Below are positions 11,930 to 23,368 of a stretch of 32,000 nt of DNA, in pieces; the stretch's first letter is position 1, and each line of letters opens with the position of its first letter. Both the position numbers and the translations under genes were made by a program. The notes under the pieces are model-generated. The model made no database searches and was not told the origin of the DNA. It saw only the letters and a program-made list of their open reading frames with translations. The DNA comes from Mesoplasma florum L1 (GTDB lineage Bacteria; Bacillota_I; Bacilli_A; Mycoplasmatales; Mycoplasmataceae), in the NCBI RefSeq assembly GCF_000008305.1, contig NC_006055.1, positions 300,001-332,000 of the forward strand, in the 5' to 3' direction.

Positions 11930-12683
11930 ATATTTAGAAAAAAAGTTTCCTGCTAACAAAGCTTATGAATGAGATAATGTAGGTATTCAAAAATTTAATA
12001 AAAAAGTGGTTAATTTTGATAAAGAAATTTCAAACGTTTTGATTACAATGGATTTAAATAATGAATCATTAAAACAAATGGAAAACAGTAAAATTGATTT
12101 TATTATTACTAGACACCCTTTTATATTTAATGAATTAAAAAAAGAGAAAGAAAATCCCTTTAAAAAAGAATTAATTAAATATTTAACAAAAGAAGATATA
12201 TATGTTTTTTCAATTCATACAAATTATGATATTTGTGGATATAAAGCTTTTATTGATTTGTTAACAAATGCATTTAAAATAAAGAGTGCAAAATTTCCAT
12301 TATTTAATAAAGAGTATTTAGAAGTTAATTTAAATAGTGATATATCAAAAGATGATTTAATTCAAAACTTAAAGAATGTTTTTCAAGTTAAAACAATTCA
12401 AATAAATTCAGATGAAAATTTTAAAACTTCTAAATTTTTAATAAATCAGGGAAGTGGAGCTAGTTCAATGATTTCTAAACAAATTCAAGATTGTGTTTTC
12501 ATAACTGGTGAAGCTAAGTGAAGCGATTGAATATATGCAAATGACAATAATGTAACTTTAATAACTGTTGGTCATTATATGGAAAACTATTTCATTAATG
12601 ATATTGAAGAAAGATTGTCAAATAATTTTAAAGATATAAAAATAGAGAAAGTAGATATAAAGGAACAATACTATGTCAAATAA
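11907..12683 (+). CDS. Nif3-like dinuclear metal center protein (YqfO family)
   Basis: MKLIKLIKYLEKKFPANKAYEWDNVGIQ...DFIITRHPFIFNE...VFSIHTNYDI...CVFITGEAKWSDW; ATG 11907 behind GAGG. Overlaps trmK by 23 bp and the DEAD-box gene by 11 bp. Confidence 0.82.
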
Positions 12684-14055
12684 TAACGAAAGAAAGTTTA
12701 GTGATTTTGGTTTCAAAAAATACATTAATGATACTTTAAAAGAAATAAATTTTGAAACACCAACTAGAATTCAAGCTGAGATAATACCTTTAATCAAGAA
12801 ACATCAAAATGTTATTGCTCTTTCTCACACAGGAACAGGAAAAACTCATGCTTTTTTACTACCTATTTTAAACAATCTAAGATTTGATCAAGATAAGAAA
12901 AATGTACAAGCATTAATTATTGCACCAACAAGAGAATTGGCAAAACAAATTTTTGATAATGTTAAACCTTTCACAAAAAATGAAACTCAATTGAAAGTAG
13001 ATTTATTTATTGGTGGAGAGGACATAAATAAACAAATTGAATCTCTAAATAAAAGACAACCAACCATTGCTGTTGGTACACCAACAAGAATTAAAGAATT
13101 ATATGAACAAAATCATCTTAAAGCTACAACATCAGATTACATTATTATTGATGAGTGCGACATGATATTTGATTTAGGTTTCATTGAAGATGTTGATTTT
13201 GTTGTTTCAAAAGCAAAACAAAATGTAAACTTATCTATGTTTAGTGCAACTATTCCTGAACAATTAAGACCTTTTGTTTCTAAATATGCTAGAAATGCAC
13301 ATTTTATAGATGTAACTGAAAAAAATGTATCAAGTAAAAACATAAAACACGTTTTAATTGAAACAAAGAATAGAGAAACTGATTTAGTTTTATCAAATCT
13401 TTTAAATTCAATTAATCCATATTTATGCCTTATATTTTCAAACCATAAAGAAGACATTCCTAAGTATGTTAAATTGATTCGTGAAATAACAGGTCAAAAT
13501 GTTGGTGAACTACATGGTGATTTACAACCAAGAACAAGAATGAACATGCTTAAAAAAATTAAAAACAATGAGTTTAAGTTTGTTGTTGCAACAGACGTGG
13601 CTGCAAGGGGTGTTGACATAATTGGTGTAAGTCATGTTATTTCAATTGATTTACCAACAGATCTTTCATACTACATACACAGAAGTGGAAGAACAGGTAG
13701 AAGCAAAATGACTGGTGAAAGTTATGTTTTATTTAATGTTAAGAATCAAGAAAAAATTGAAGCTCTAGAAAAAATTGGGATTGAATTTATTCGCTTAAGA
13801 ATGGACAATAATCAACTAATTGAAATAAGAAATAAAAACAAGAAAAAGGCTAAGCATTATGAAGACTTAGACACTGATTCAAAAAAAGTTATTGCGAAGT
13901 ATAGTAATCAAAAAGTTAAACCTGGTTATAAGAAAAAAAGAAAAAGAGAACTTGATGAAATTACAAGAAAAAAACGACGTGAACATATTAAAAAAAGTAT
14001 TGATAAAATCAAAAAAGAAAAGTACAGAAAACGACGTGAAGAATTATTTGATTAA
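12673..14055 (+). CDS. DEAD-box family RNA helicase with DECD motif II and basic C-terminal tail
   Basis: ALSHTGTGKTHAFLLPIL, APTRELAKQIF, IIDECDMIFDLGF, SATIP, VATDVAARGVDI, HRSGRTGR. Confidence 0.95.
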   Translation: MSNNNERKFSDFGFKKYINDTLKEINFETPTRIQAEIIPLIKKHQNVIALSHTGTGKTHAFLLPILNNLRFDQDKKNVQALIIAPTRELAKQIFDNVKPFTKNETQLKVDLFIGGEDINKQIESLNKRQPTIAVGTPTRIKELYEQNHLKATTSDYIIIDECDMIFDLGFIEDVDFVVSKAKQNVNLSMFSATIPEQLRPFVSKYARNAHFIDVTEKNVSSKNIKHVLIETKNRETDLVLSNLLNSINPYLCLIFSNHKEDIPKYVKLIREITGQNVGELHGDLQPRTRMNMLKKIKNNEFKFVVATDVAARGVDIIGVSHVISIDLPTDLSYYIHRSGRTGRSKMTGESYVLFNVKNQEKIEALEKIGIEFIRLRMDNNQLIEIRNKNKKKAKHYEDLDTDSKKVIAKYSNQKVKPGYKKKRKRELDEITRKKRREHIKKSIDKIKKEKYRKRREELFD

Positions 14056-14061
14056 TATTTA

Positions 14062-14090
14062 AAAAAGTAGAATATTCTGCTTTTTATTTT
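14062..14090 (+). terminator. Intrinsic terminator downstream of the helicase gene
   Basis: AAAAAGTAGAATATTCTGCTTTTT self-complementary stem with one G-U pair, then TATTTT. Confidence 0.65.
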
Positions 14091-14144
14091 TATATTTTTT
14101 AGTATTATTAAAAATAGAAATAATCAAATCAAAGGAAAGTAGAT

Positions 14145-15689
14145 ATGGCAAGAAAAAAAAGAATAAAAATTTATTCATCTAATGGTAAAAAAGCTTTACT
14201 ACTTTCACCCGAAGAAATAACAATAGTAAAAAATGATCCAAGCTATGAAAAAAACTATGAAATAGAATTCAATAAAGGTAAACAGGCTTTCGAGGTTAGA
14301 AACTATTATGCTATTGGATTTTGAAAAGATCTTTTATTTGTTTTAATAGGTGCATTCCTTTCAACTATTGCAATAGATTATTTTATATCTATAACTGGTA
14401 ATGCTGGATTATTCCCTGGTGGTTTAGGTGCCATAGCTCGTTTCCTATCTATAATAGGAGCTAATAATATAACAATTTCAGCAAGTACACTTTATTTTAT
14501 AGTTTACTTCATCATGAATATTCCCTTAGTAATTTTTGGATTTATAAAAATAGGATGAAAGTTTTCAACTCTTACATTAATTTATTCAATTATTTCAATT
14601 TTCTTTGATTTAATATTACAAAATATTCCCTACATAAACCCTAATGAATTTAGTTTACTTATTGATTACAATTTAATTAGTTCTTTACCGGGTGCTTGAG
14701 GAGCAATTATTTGAATTTTTGCTTTTGCTATCTTTGGTGGAATGATTAACGGATTTAGTTATTCAATTACATATAAAGGAAATGCATCAACTGGTGGAAG
14801 TGACTGAGTTACTTATTATTATTCTAAAAAATTAAACAAAGATATTGGTTCATTAAATATAAAAATAAATATTTTCATATTATTTATTGTTATTTGTTTG
14901 AACACAATTATTTTAAAAACACAACACATTGATCAGACAATCAAACTAAGTGCTATTTACAATGAATATAATAGTTGAAATGAGTTGATAAATTCAGATT
15001 TAGGAAAAGCTCTAGATCCTATATTATCTGCTGAGGATAAAGTTTCAATAGACTTATTTAATAGTTGAAAAAATTTAAAATCTGGAAATTGAAACAATGA
15101 AGATTGATTTAATATTTCAAAATATATCTCATCATCATCTGAGTATGATTCATATTACACTTCAACATTAGTTTGAAAAATGAAATTCAAATGAATTATT
15201 GGACCAAGTTTATTTGCATCTTTAACATTAATAATTACACAGGGATTAACTGTTAATAGACTTTATCCTAAAAATAAAATTTTGAACTTATTTATATCAA
15301 CAAACAAAATTAATGAAGTTCAACAATATTTATTTAGTGTTGGTTACACAAACAATATTTTCATTTGAAGAACTGTTGCTTCAAAGAAAAATGCCTGAAA
15401 TGATCAAGAACAAGATTTAATTATGATTTCTATGCCGTTACTATACTTTAATAAGATTGAAGACTATTTAATCAAAATAGATGAAGACATGATTATTAAT
15501 ATAATTGGAAGTAAAGCTGTTAAAGGTAAAAACTTTAGTTATACATTTGATAATGAATTACGTGAAAAAGCATTAACTGAAGAATTCATGAATAATGGTA
15601 AATTAATGAAAAAAATTGAAAGCAATACAATTATTAAGACACACAAAAAAATGAAAAAAAATGGTGTTAGTATACAAAATGAGGTATAA
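14145..15689 (+). CDS. YitT-like multi-pass membrane protein with C-terminal DUF2179-like domain
   Basis: Frame open with TGA=Trp across 14145-15689. TM-rich (KDLLFVLIGAFLSTIAIDYFISITGNAGLFPGGLGAIARFL...FGGMINGFSYSITYKGNASTGGSDWVTYYYSKKLNKDIG), end (ITQGLTVNRLYPKNKILNLFISTNKINEVQQYLF...) resembles YitT C-terminal cytosolic domain. Confidence 0.7.
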
Positions 15690-15711
15690 TCTTTTATAGA
15701 TTATACTTTTT
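15684..15711 (+). terminator. Intrinsic terminator overlapping the stop codon of the YitT-like gene
   Basis: GTATAATCT (15684-15692) TTTAT AGATTATAC (15698-15706) followed by TTTTTATTTT; includes the TAA at 15687-15689. Confidence 0.7.
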
Positions 15712-15751
15712 ATTTTAAGTATTAACTTTTCAGACAAGGAGGAGTAAATAA

Positions 15752-18700
15752 ATGAATAATAAAAAAGCTTCATTTAAGAAAATAGCACAATCTCTTTGTC
15801 TTGTTTTAATTGTGTTTTCTTTAATCATTTCAATCGTTTTCTCTTCATTCAGTATTGCTAATAAAACAAACTTAAATACTAGATATTCAGGTGGATATGA
15901 TGCGCTTGTTGAAGTATATGATGAAAAACAAAATGCAACTCAAGGAACTTCAACTCCAAATGGTGATGCTAGACTGGCTGCTGAATCTCTTCAAACTAAA
16001 TTATCTCCATTTTCAGATAATACTATTGATGTTAAAGTAGTGGGGCAACATAGGGTTTCAATTAGAGCAACAAAAGAACAATACCAAAATAATCCTAGAT
16101 TATTTATAAATGCGATCGAACAAGATGGTGGATTGATGGCATTTACTCAAACAAATAATATTTATACTGATATTTTATTTGATGATACTGCAGTTAAAAA
16201 AATAACAGCTTCAGAAAATGGAATATATGATAGTAACAATGAAATTGCTAATAAGTTAGCAATTTCAGAAATTTTCGGATCAGTTAAATATACACCAGAT
16301 AGATCTGAAAGCGGTTCAGGTCAACAAAACTCACCATTTTTAACTTTTGAAGAAGGTTCAAATGGTAGTTATTTAAAAAACTTAACAGCTGCAACAACAG
16401 CAACAGAAAATGCACCAGCAACACCTGCAAATTTAACAGTTATATCATCATTTGAAACAATCTTAAACAATCTTAGAGAATATTTTTTACAAGCACCTAA
16501 TGAAAATTCACTTGATACTTACTTAGAAAACTACTATAGGGGTGTAATTCAACCGATTTTAAGTTTTTATTCAAGCACGGACACAACTGCTCAACAAAGA
16601 GCTGTTATAGATGATTTTTTCTCTGTTTCATACATGACATCAAGTGGTCAAATGCAATCAGCTTCTTTAATTTCAGGGAGTTTTAATAAATGATGAACAG
16701 ATAGTGCATCTAATGAACAAATGTTATTTAATAATTCAAATAATATTGAGCTTATTGTAAATGATTTAAAAGCATTATTATATGGAACATTTGAGGGCAG
16801 AACTGCACCAACGAACTATACTTATAATTTTGTAAATAATGTAAACAAATATGTTATTGATCCAAATTCAAAAACTGAAGACTTTAAAAAAGAACCAGAA
16901 AATGGTAATCCTGCTGGTAGGTATTCAGAAAATATAATTTTAGGCGCACAATCAATGAGAATTGATGAAGTAGCTAAAGTTATTAATGATGTTATGCTGT
17001 CAAAAGTATTATTTGCTCAAAAATCATCAACATCAATATTCTCACAATATCTTGATCAATCAATTTTTGAAAAAAACTTTATAATGATAAATGATTCAGT
17101 GACTCAAACTGGTGTTGCTTCTGCATCAGAAACAATGTCAAGAGCAACATTTACACCTAGTGTTGTTTATAATGGTGCTACAAGTCAATTAAGAGTTAAA
17201 ACTAGATCAGCAACAATTGCAAGAACAATTGAAGCCTCAATTTCGCAAACAACTTCAGGATTTAGTTTTAAAGTTATAAAATTAACTGAATTTAATCCAG
17301 AAATAACTTTATACATGTTATTAGCATCTATTATATTCTTGCTAATATTAGCTATTTTTACAATGGTATTCTTAGTTATTGCTTATAGATTATTAGGTAT
17401 TTATACACTAATAATTGCTGTGACATCTGTTTTTATAACATTGTTTACACCTACTTTATTTGGCATAGCAATTGGAATAGAACTTTACACTTTAATTTTC
17501 ATAATGCTAGGTCTTGTTTTAGAATCATGTATTCTAACAATTGAAGCATTTAAAAAACACTTAAATAAGGAAAAAAGATCAATTACAGAATCATTTAAAC
17601 TATCATATAAAGAAAATTTAGGTATCATACTTGATTCATTTATATTAATTTTGATTCCAAATTTAATTATTTTTTGAATTGGAACAGGTTCATTAAAAAA
17701 CTTTGCAACTGTTGCAACAGTATCAACAGCAATTATATTATTTTTAGTAATTGTTGTATTTAGATTAATGATTTATTTAACAGTTAAAATTCAAATTTTT
17801 AAAAACCACCCATTATGATTGCCAATTGATACAAAAGATATCAAATCTGGTGTTGCAATCAGAGACAAAATTAATTTATCAAAATATGAATACCAGTTAA
17901 ATATACTAACTAATAAAGAAAAAGTTAGCTCAAAAGAGTTATTAAAAATTAAGAGAATTAATGATTTAATTGAAACTTTAAAAATTAAAATTGAAAATAA
18001 AGAAAAAGATTATAATCAAAAATTAATTAATAAGAATAAAGAAAAAACTATCAAACTAAATCAAAAAATTGAATCTCTTGAAAAAACAGAGAAAAAAATT
18101 CGTTGATATAAAAAAGATTGAATCTCATTCTTAAAAGTTAATAGAGATGTTGCAAAAGCAGTTTCAACTAATGCTGAAGGTAAAGTAATTGAAGAAGTAA
18201 AAACAAAAAGAAATCAAAATTGAATCTTCAATATAAATAGAATTATTATTGTTTTACTATTAGTGTTTTCAGTAATTGGTGGTGTTGTAGCCGCTACTGT
18301 AGGTCCTAACTATTCAAACTTATTTGGTAAAGATAACACTTATATTGTTTATGGTGAATATTTATATGAATTACCAGGAAACAATTTTGATAATGTTGTT
18401 ACTAAAATAGCAGAAAATCAATCTGAAGAACAAGCAAATGCATTTCAAAGTGAAGCTTTAAGAATGGCTAATGAAAAAGGACACAGTGATATTGAAGCTG
18501 GAGCAAATGATAATGAATTTGTTGCTTGATTAAGTGAGTATACAGTTCAATATGTATTTGATAATAATTTACTTAAAGCATTCTATTCAGGATATAAAGG
18601 AACAACTTCTTTAAATTCTATTGAATCAGGAACTACATACGGTGATCAAACTGAGAATTCATCAGCTGAAAATCTAATGCCATATATTCAAATTGAATTA

Positions 18701-19762
18701 TCAAACCAAACAAACATTACTAGAACTAAAAGATTATTAAATAGTATTTTTACAGGTAGAACTCGTTTAGGAAGTAATTATACTAATGAATCAAGAGGTA
18801 TTTTAGGAATGTATCAAATTCCATTTACCGCATATGGTCAAATTAATCAAATATTAATTTCATTCGCAATTTTAATATTAATTTTAATTGTTTATATATT
18901 AATTAGATATAAATGAACTTACTATGTTGCCTTAGCACTAGCACTTGTAGTTGTTGTTTTAATTACAACATCTCTAGTAATTATGTTCAGAGTACCAATA
19001 AGTACAGAAATATTGGTCACAATGATTTCGATTGCAGCATTCACAATTATGTCTGTAATATTTATTCTTGGTAAAACAAAATCCTTAATATCTATTAAAA
19101 ATAAAAATGAGTTAAGATTCGAATTTGATAAAGAAGCTAATGCTCAAGCAATTATTAAACACAAAGTCTTAGAAGCAATAAATAATAAAAAAGCTTTAAA
19201 TAAAGCTAATAAAAAACGCATTAAAGATATTAGAAGAAAAATAGTTGATATTAAAATAGCTAAAAAATCAAAATTCTACACATGAGATGCATTTAAAGCT
19301 ATATTTAAATCAAATAGAATACCTAAAATAGCAGAATTAAGAAAAGAAATTAAAGCAATTAGAAAAGAAAATAAAACTGATCTAAAACCTTTAAGAAAAG
19401 CAATTAAAGCTGCTAAAAAAGCTGGTAGAAAAGAAATATCAACAATATTAAAAGATAATCAATTTGCTAAATCATTATTTGTTGGTTCATTAAGATTTGG
19501 GATAAATAGATTAGTTTATATTTCTGGATTCTACTTATTATTTGCAATTATTTTAGCTGTTACAATACCTTCACTAGCTGGAGTTGGAATTACATTATTA
19601 ATTGGTGTATTTGTAGCAAACATCGTAATCTTAACAATGTCATTACCTTTATTGATATGATTAGAAAAACGAAGAATAGTTTCAAACTATGGTAGAAAAG
19701 AATTTATCTCTCAAACTAATGTTTCTCAAGAAGAACAAATAGTTAAAGATATTAACGATTAA
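15752..19762 (+). CDS. secDF: SecDF fusion protein, protein-export membrane protein (1336 aa)
   Basis: RBS AAGGAGGAG. One open frame with TGA=Trp joins track ORFs 15752, 16721, 17819, 18263, 18677 and 18983. RYSGGYDALVEV; TITLYMLLASIIFLLILAIFTMVFLVIAYRLLGIYTLIIAVTSVFITLFT; second SecF-like half with TM segments to 19680. Confidence 0.85.
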
Positions 19763-19779
19763 TTAAAAGGAGTAAATAT

Positions 19780-20292
19780 ATGGATTTAAAAAAACATATT
19801 TTAAATGTTAAGGATTTCCCAATTGATGGAATTGACTTTAAAGATGTAACACCATTATTAAATGATGCTGATGCTTTTGCTTATGTAATTGATGAAATGG
19901 CAAAATTTGTTATTGAATGTGGAGCTAATGTTGTAGTTGCTCCAGAAGCAAGAGGATTCTTATTTGCAAGTGCTGTAGCTTATAAATCACATACTAGATT
20001 TGTATTAGTTAGAAAACCTGGTAAATTACCTCGTGAAGTTATCGATATTGAATATACTTTAGAGTATGGAACAAATCATCAACAAATGCACAAAGGTGAT
20101 ATTAAACCTGGTGATAAAGTAGTTATTATAGATGATGTACTAGCAACTGGTGGAACAATTGAAGCTATTGTTAAATTAGTTGAAATGCAAGAAGGTAAAG
20201 TTGAGGGAGTTTCATTCTTAATTGATTTGCCAGCATTACATGATGAAAATCTATTACAAGAATACAAAGTTCAAAAACTTGTTAAATATTAA
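19780..20292 (+). CDS. apt: Adenine phosphoribosyltransferase
   Basis: FPIDGIDFKDVTPLL, VVAPEARGFLFASAVA, VVIIDDVLATGGTIEA (PRPP-binding motif). Confidence 0.95.
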   Translation: MDLKKHILNVKDFPIDGIDFKDVTPLLNDADAFAYVIDEMAKFVIECGANVVVAPEARGFLFASAVAYKSHTRFVLVRKPGKLPREVIDIEYTLEYGTNHQQMHKGDIKPGDKVVIIDDVLATGGTIEAIVKLVEMQEGKVEGVSFLIDLPALHDENLLQEYKVQKLVKY

Positions 20293-20296
20293 GATT

Positions 20297-20327
20297 AACA
20301 CCTATAATTAAAATAGGTGTTTTTTTA
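20297..20327 (+). terminator. Intrinsic terminator downstream of apt
   Basis: AACACCTAT (20297-20305) / ATAGGTGTT (20313-20321) followed by a T run. Confidence 0.8.
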
Positions 20328-20349
20328 TTTAAAACAGAAAGGTATATTT

Positions 20350-20913
20350 ATGGAAGACAAACAAAGATGTGATTGATCATCAAATGCTATTTTAAATGAA
20401 TATCATGATAATGAGTGAAGTAAAATAACTCAAAATGATGATTACATATTTGAATTACTTATATTAGAAAATATGCAAGCGGGTTTAAATTGATTAACAA
20501 TCTTACTTAAAAGAGAAGAATTCAAAAAAGCATTTGATAATTTTGAATTAAAAAAAATTATTAGCTATGATGAAAATAAAATAAATGAATTAATGAATAA
20601 TAAGGGTATTATAAGAAATAAACTAAAAATTAAATCACTAATTTCAAACGCAAAAGCTTTTAAAGAAATTCAAATACAATTTGGTTCTTTTTATAATTAC
20701 ATTTGAACTTTTACAAATAACAAGCAAGTTATTAATAATTGAAATTCAATTGATGAAGTACCAGCTGAATCAGATTTATCAAAAACAATATCAGTGGATT
20801 TAAGAAAAAGAGGATTTAAATTTGTAGGACCTGTTATTGTTTATTCATTTTTACAAGCAATAGGAATAATCGATGATCATTTAAATAAATGTTTTTGTAA
20901 AAATCAAAATTAA
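20350..20913 (+). CDS. tag: DNA-3-methyladenine glycosylase I
   Basis: With TGA=Trp: MEDKQRCDWSSNAILNEYHDNEWSK...DDYIFELLLLENMQAGLNWLTILLKREEFKKAF...IIRNKLKIKSLISNAKAF...RKRGFKFVGPVIVYSFLQAIGIIDDH. Missing from the track because of internal TGA codons. Confidence 0.9.
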
Positions 20914-20928
20914 TTATATAAGAGTGTA

Positions 20929-20953
20929 TAGACTTATTTTAAGTCTATTTTTT
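20929..20953 (+). terminator. Intrinsic terminator downstream of tag
   Basis: TAGACTTA TTT TAAGTCTA followed by TTTTTT. Confidence 0.75.
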
Positions 20954-20973
20954 GTTATAATTTTAAAAATAGA

Positions 20974-23283
20974 ATGGGTGATTTCATGGCTGGTATAATT
21001 TTACCTAGAAGAACTAGTAAAAGAGCTTCAACAAACTTAAATATTGTTGAGATAAAAGACTATATAACACTAGAAAATGAATTAAAAAAATATATTAAAG
21101 ATAGAAAAGCATTAATTAAAATTAAGGAAGCTTATTTATTTGCTGAAAAAATGCATAGCGAACAAAAACGTAAAAATGGAGATCCCTATATTTATCACCC
21201 ACTTTCAACTGCATACTATTTAGCACAACTGCAAATGGGACCAAAAACTATTAAAGCTGGTTTATTACATGATGTTGTTGAAGATACACCTGTTAAAATT
21301 GAAGAGATAGAAGAGAAATTTGGAAAAGAAATAGCATCACTTGTTGAATCTGTAACTAAAGTTAGTTATTTTGCCGAAGAAAATCGTGAGCAAATTAAAT
21401 CAGAATATTTAAGAAAACTGTATATTTCTATGGCAAAAGATATAAGGGTTATTATTATTAAAATTGCTGATAGATTACATAATATGTTAACAATTGAGAA
21501 TTTACCAGAAGAAAAACAAAGAGTAGTTGCTAAAGAGACATTAACTATTTATGCAGCCATTGCTCACCGTATAGGAATGAAAAATGCTAAATCTAAATTA
21601 GAAGACATGGCATTTAAAGTTTTAAATCCAAATGATTTTACAGACATTGAAAATTTAATTGAAAAAGGTCGTGAATCTAGGGAAGATAATATTGCTAAAA
21701 CAATTGATGATATTTCGTTTTTCTTAAGAAAAGAAAAACACATTAAAATAATTGATATTTTTGGAAGAGAAAAAACAATTTATTCAATTTACAGAAAAAT
21801 GAATGTTAATGGTAAACAATTTGAAGAATTACATGACCTTGTTGCAATTAGGATAATTGCAAAATCAACTGATGATTGCTACAAAATTTTAGGGTACTTA
21901 CACCAAAAATACTTACCATTATCAGGAAGATTTAAAGATTATATTGCAACACCTAAAAATAACGTATATCAGTCATTGCATACTACTTTAAGTAATAGTA
22001 AAGGAATGTTTTTTGAAGTTCAAATAAGAACTCAACAAATGGATGATGTCGCTGAAACTGGGGCTGCTGCTCACTGAAGATATAAAGAGGGTGAAGTTGT
22101 AGATATTGCTAAGAGACAAAAACAAATTGACGAACAAATTGATATATTTAGCAGAATTTTGGATTTAACAGATCAAATAAATGAAGAAGAAAATTCAAAA
22201 GAGAAAGAATTAGAAAATCAATTACAAAAAGATGTTTTTGGATCAATGATTTATGTTCTAACTCCAACTCAAAATGTTATTACTTTGCCTTATGGAGCAA
22301 CTGTATTAGATTTTGCTTACAGAATACACACTGAAATAGGAGAAAAAACTACAGGAGCAAAAATTGATGGTATATTCTCTCCAATTAACACAGTCTTAGA
22401 ATCAGGGCAAGTTGTTGAAATTAAAACTTCTTCTAAACAACAACCAACACACGAATGATTAAAAATAGCTACTACATCAAATGCTAAAAATAGAATTAGA
22501 AAATACTTGGGTAATAAACTAAAAGAAGATAACTCATTTGATGAAGATAGAAAAGAATTAGCAAGAAAAACAGAAAACTTAATTAACTCATATATTAATC
22601 AAAAAGAAATAAAATGAAAAAGAAAATCTCAAAGTGAAATTCTTGAAGCTGTTAAAAAAGCAGGTTATGCCAATCTTGAAGAGTTTTTAATTAATGTTGG
22701 TAAAGGTGAAATCTCTATTGTTGAAGCCACTGATAAATTCTTCATTAATCACAATTTCTCAAAGGACGAAGAAGCTTTAAGAAGTATTCAATCAAAAACT
22801 ATAAATGATAGAAGTTTAAAAAATGATATTGTTATAGATGGAATAACAAATATTAAAACATCAATTGCAAGTTGTTGTTTACCAATTCCATATGAAGATG
22901 TTATTGGTTATGTTGCTAAATCAGGAAATGGTATAAAAGTTCATTTAAAAGAATGTTATAACCTATATACAACAGAAGAAACAAAACGTTTAGTTCAAGT
23001 ACAATGAAACTCAGCTGTTGCTGAAAATAGTTTATATACAACAAAACTAAAATATTTTGCTACAGATAGACCAAATCTTTTATATGACATATCAAGAGCA
23101 TTATCAAATTTAAAAGCAACAACAATAAATGTAAAACTTGGTGTTGATGATAAATCTTTACTTGTTAATGGTGAATTAACAATTAAAGTTAAAAGTTCAG
23201 CACAATTAAATCAAATTATTTTAACAATTAAATCAATTGCAAATATCATAGATTGCGAAAGATCTGTAAAGAGTATTAAATAG
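20974..23283 (+). CDS. rel: RelA/SpoT-family bifunctional (p)ppGpp synthetase/hydrolase
   Basis: HD hydrolase motifs (YIYHPLSTAYYLAQL, LLHDVVEDT, IKIADRLHNM), synthetase motif (GRFKDYIATPKNNVYQSLHTTL), TGS domain (IYVLTPTQNVITLPYGATVLDFAYRIHTEIG), conserved SCC region. ATG 20986 (MAGIIL...) is an alternative start. Confidence 0.93.
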
Positions 23284-23301
23284 GTTTTAAACCTATTTTT
23301 T
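23278..23301 (+). terminator. Intrinsic terminator overlapping the rel stop codon
   Basis: AAATAGGTT (23278-23286) TTA AACCTATTT (23290-23298), then T-rich sequence; contains TAG 23281-23283. Confidence 0.7.
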
Positions 23302-23338
23302 ATTTTTCTAAATTTTTTCCAATATTTTTTATTAATAA

Positions 23339-23344
23339 TATAAT
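23339..23344 (+). promoter_or_regulatory. Candidate -10 box (TATAAT) for the sigma-like gene
   Basis: TATAAT about 25 bp upstream of ATG 23369, with AAAGGA RBS at about 23352; follows the rel terminator. Confidence 0.5.
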
Positions 23345-23368
23345 GACATTGAAAGGAACTAAAAATCG

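Noticed and set aside
13137-13457. Minus-strand ORF inside the DEAD-box helicase gene
   Set aside because: Antisense to clearly conserved helicase motifs.
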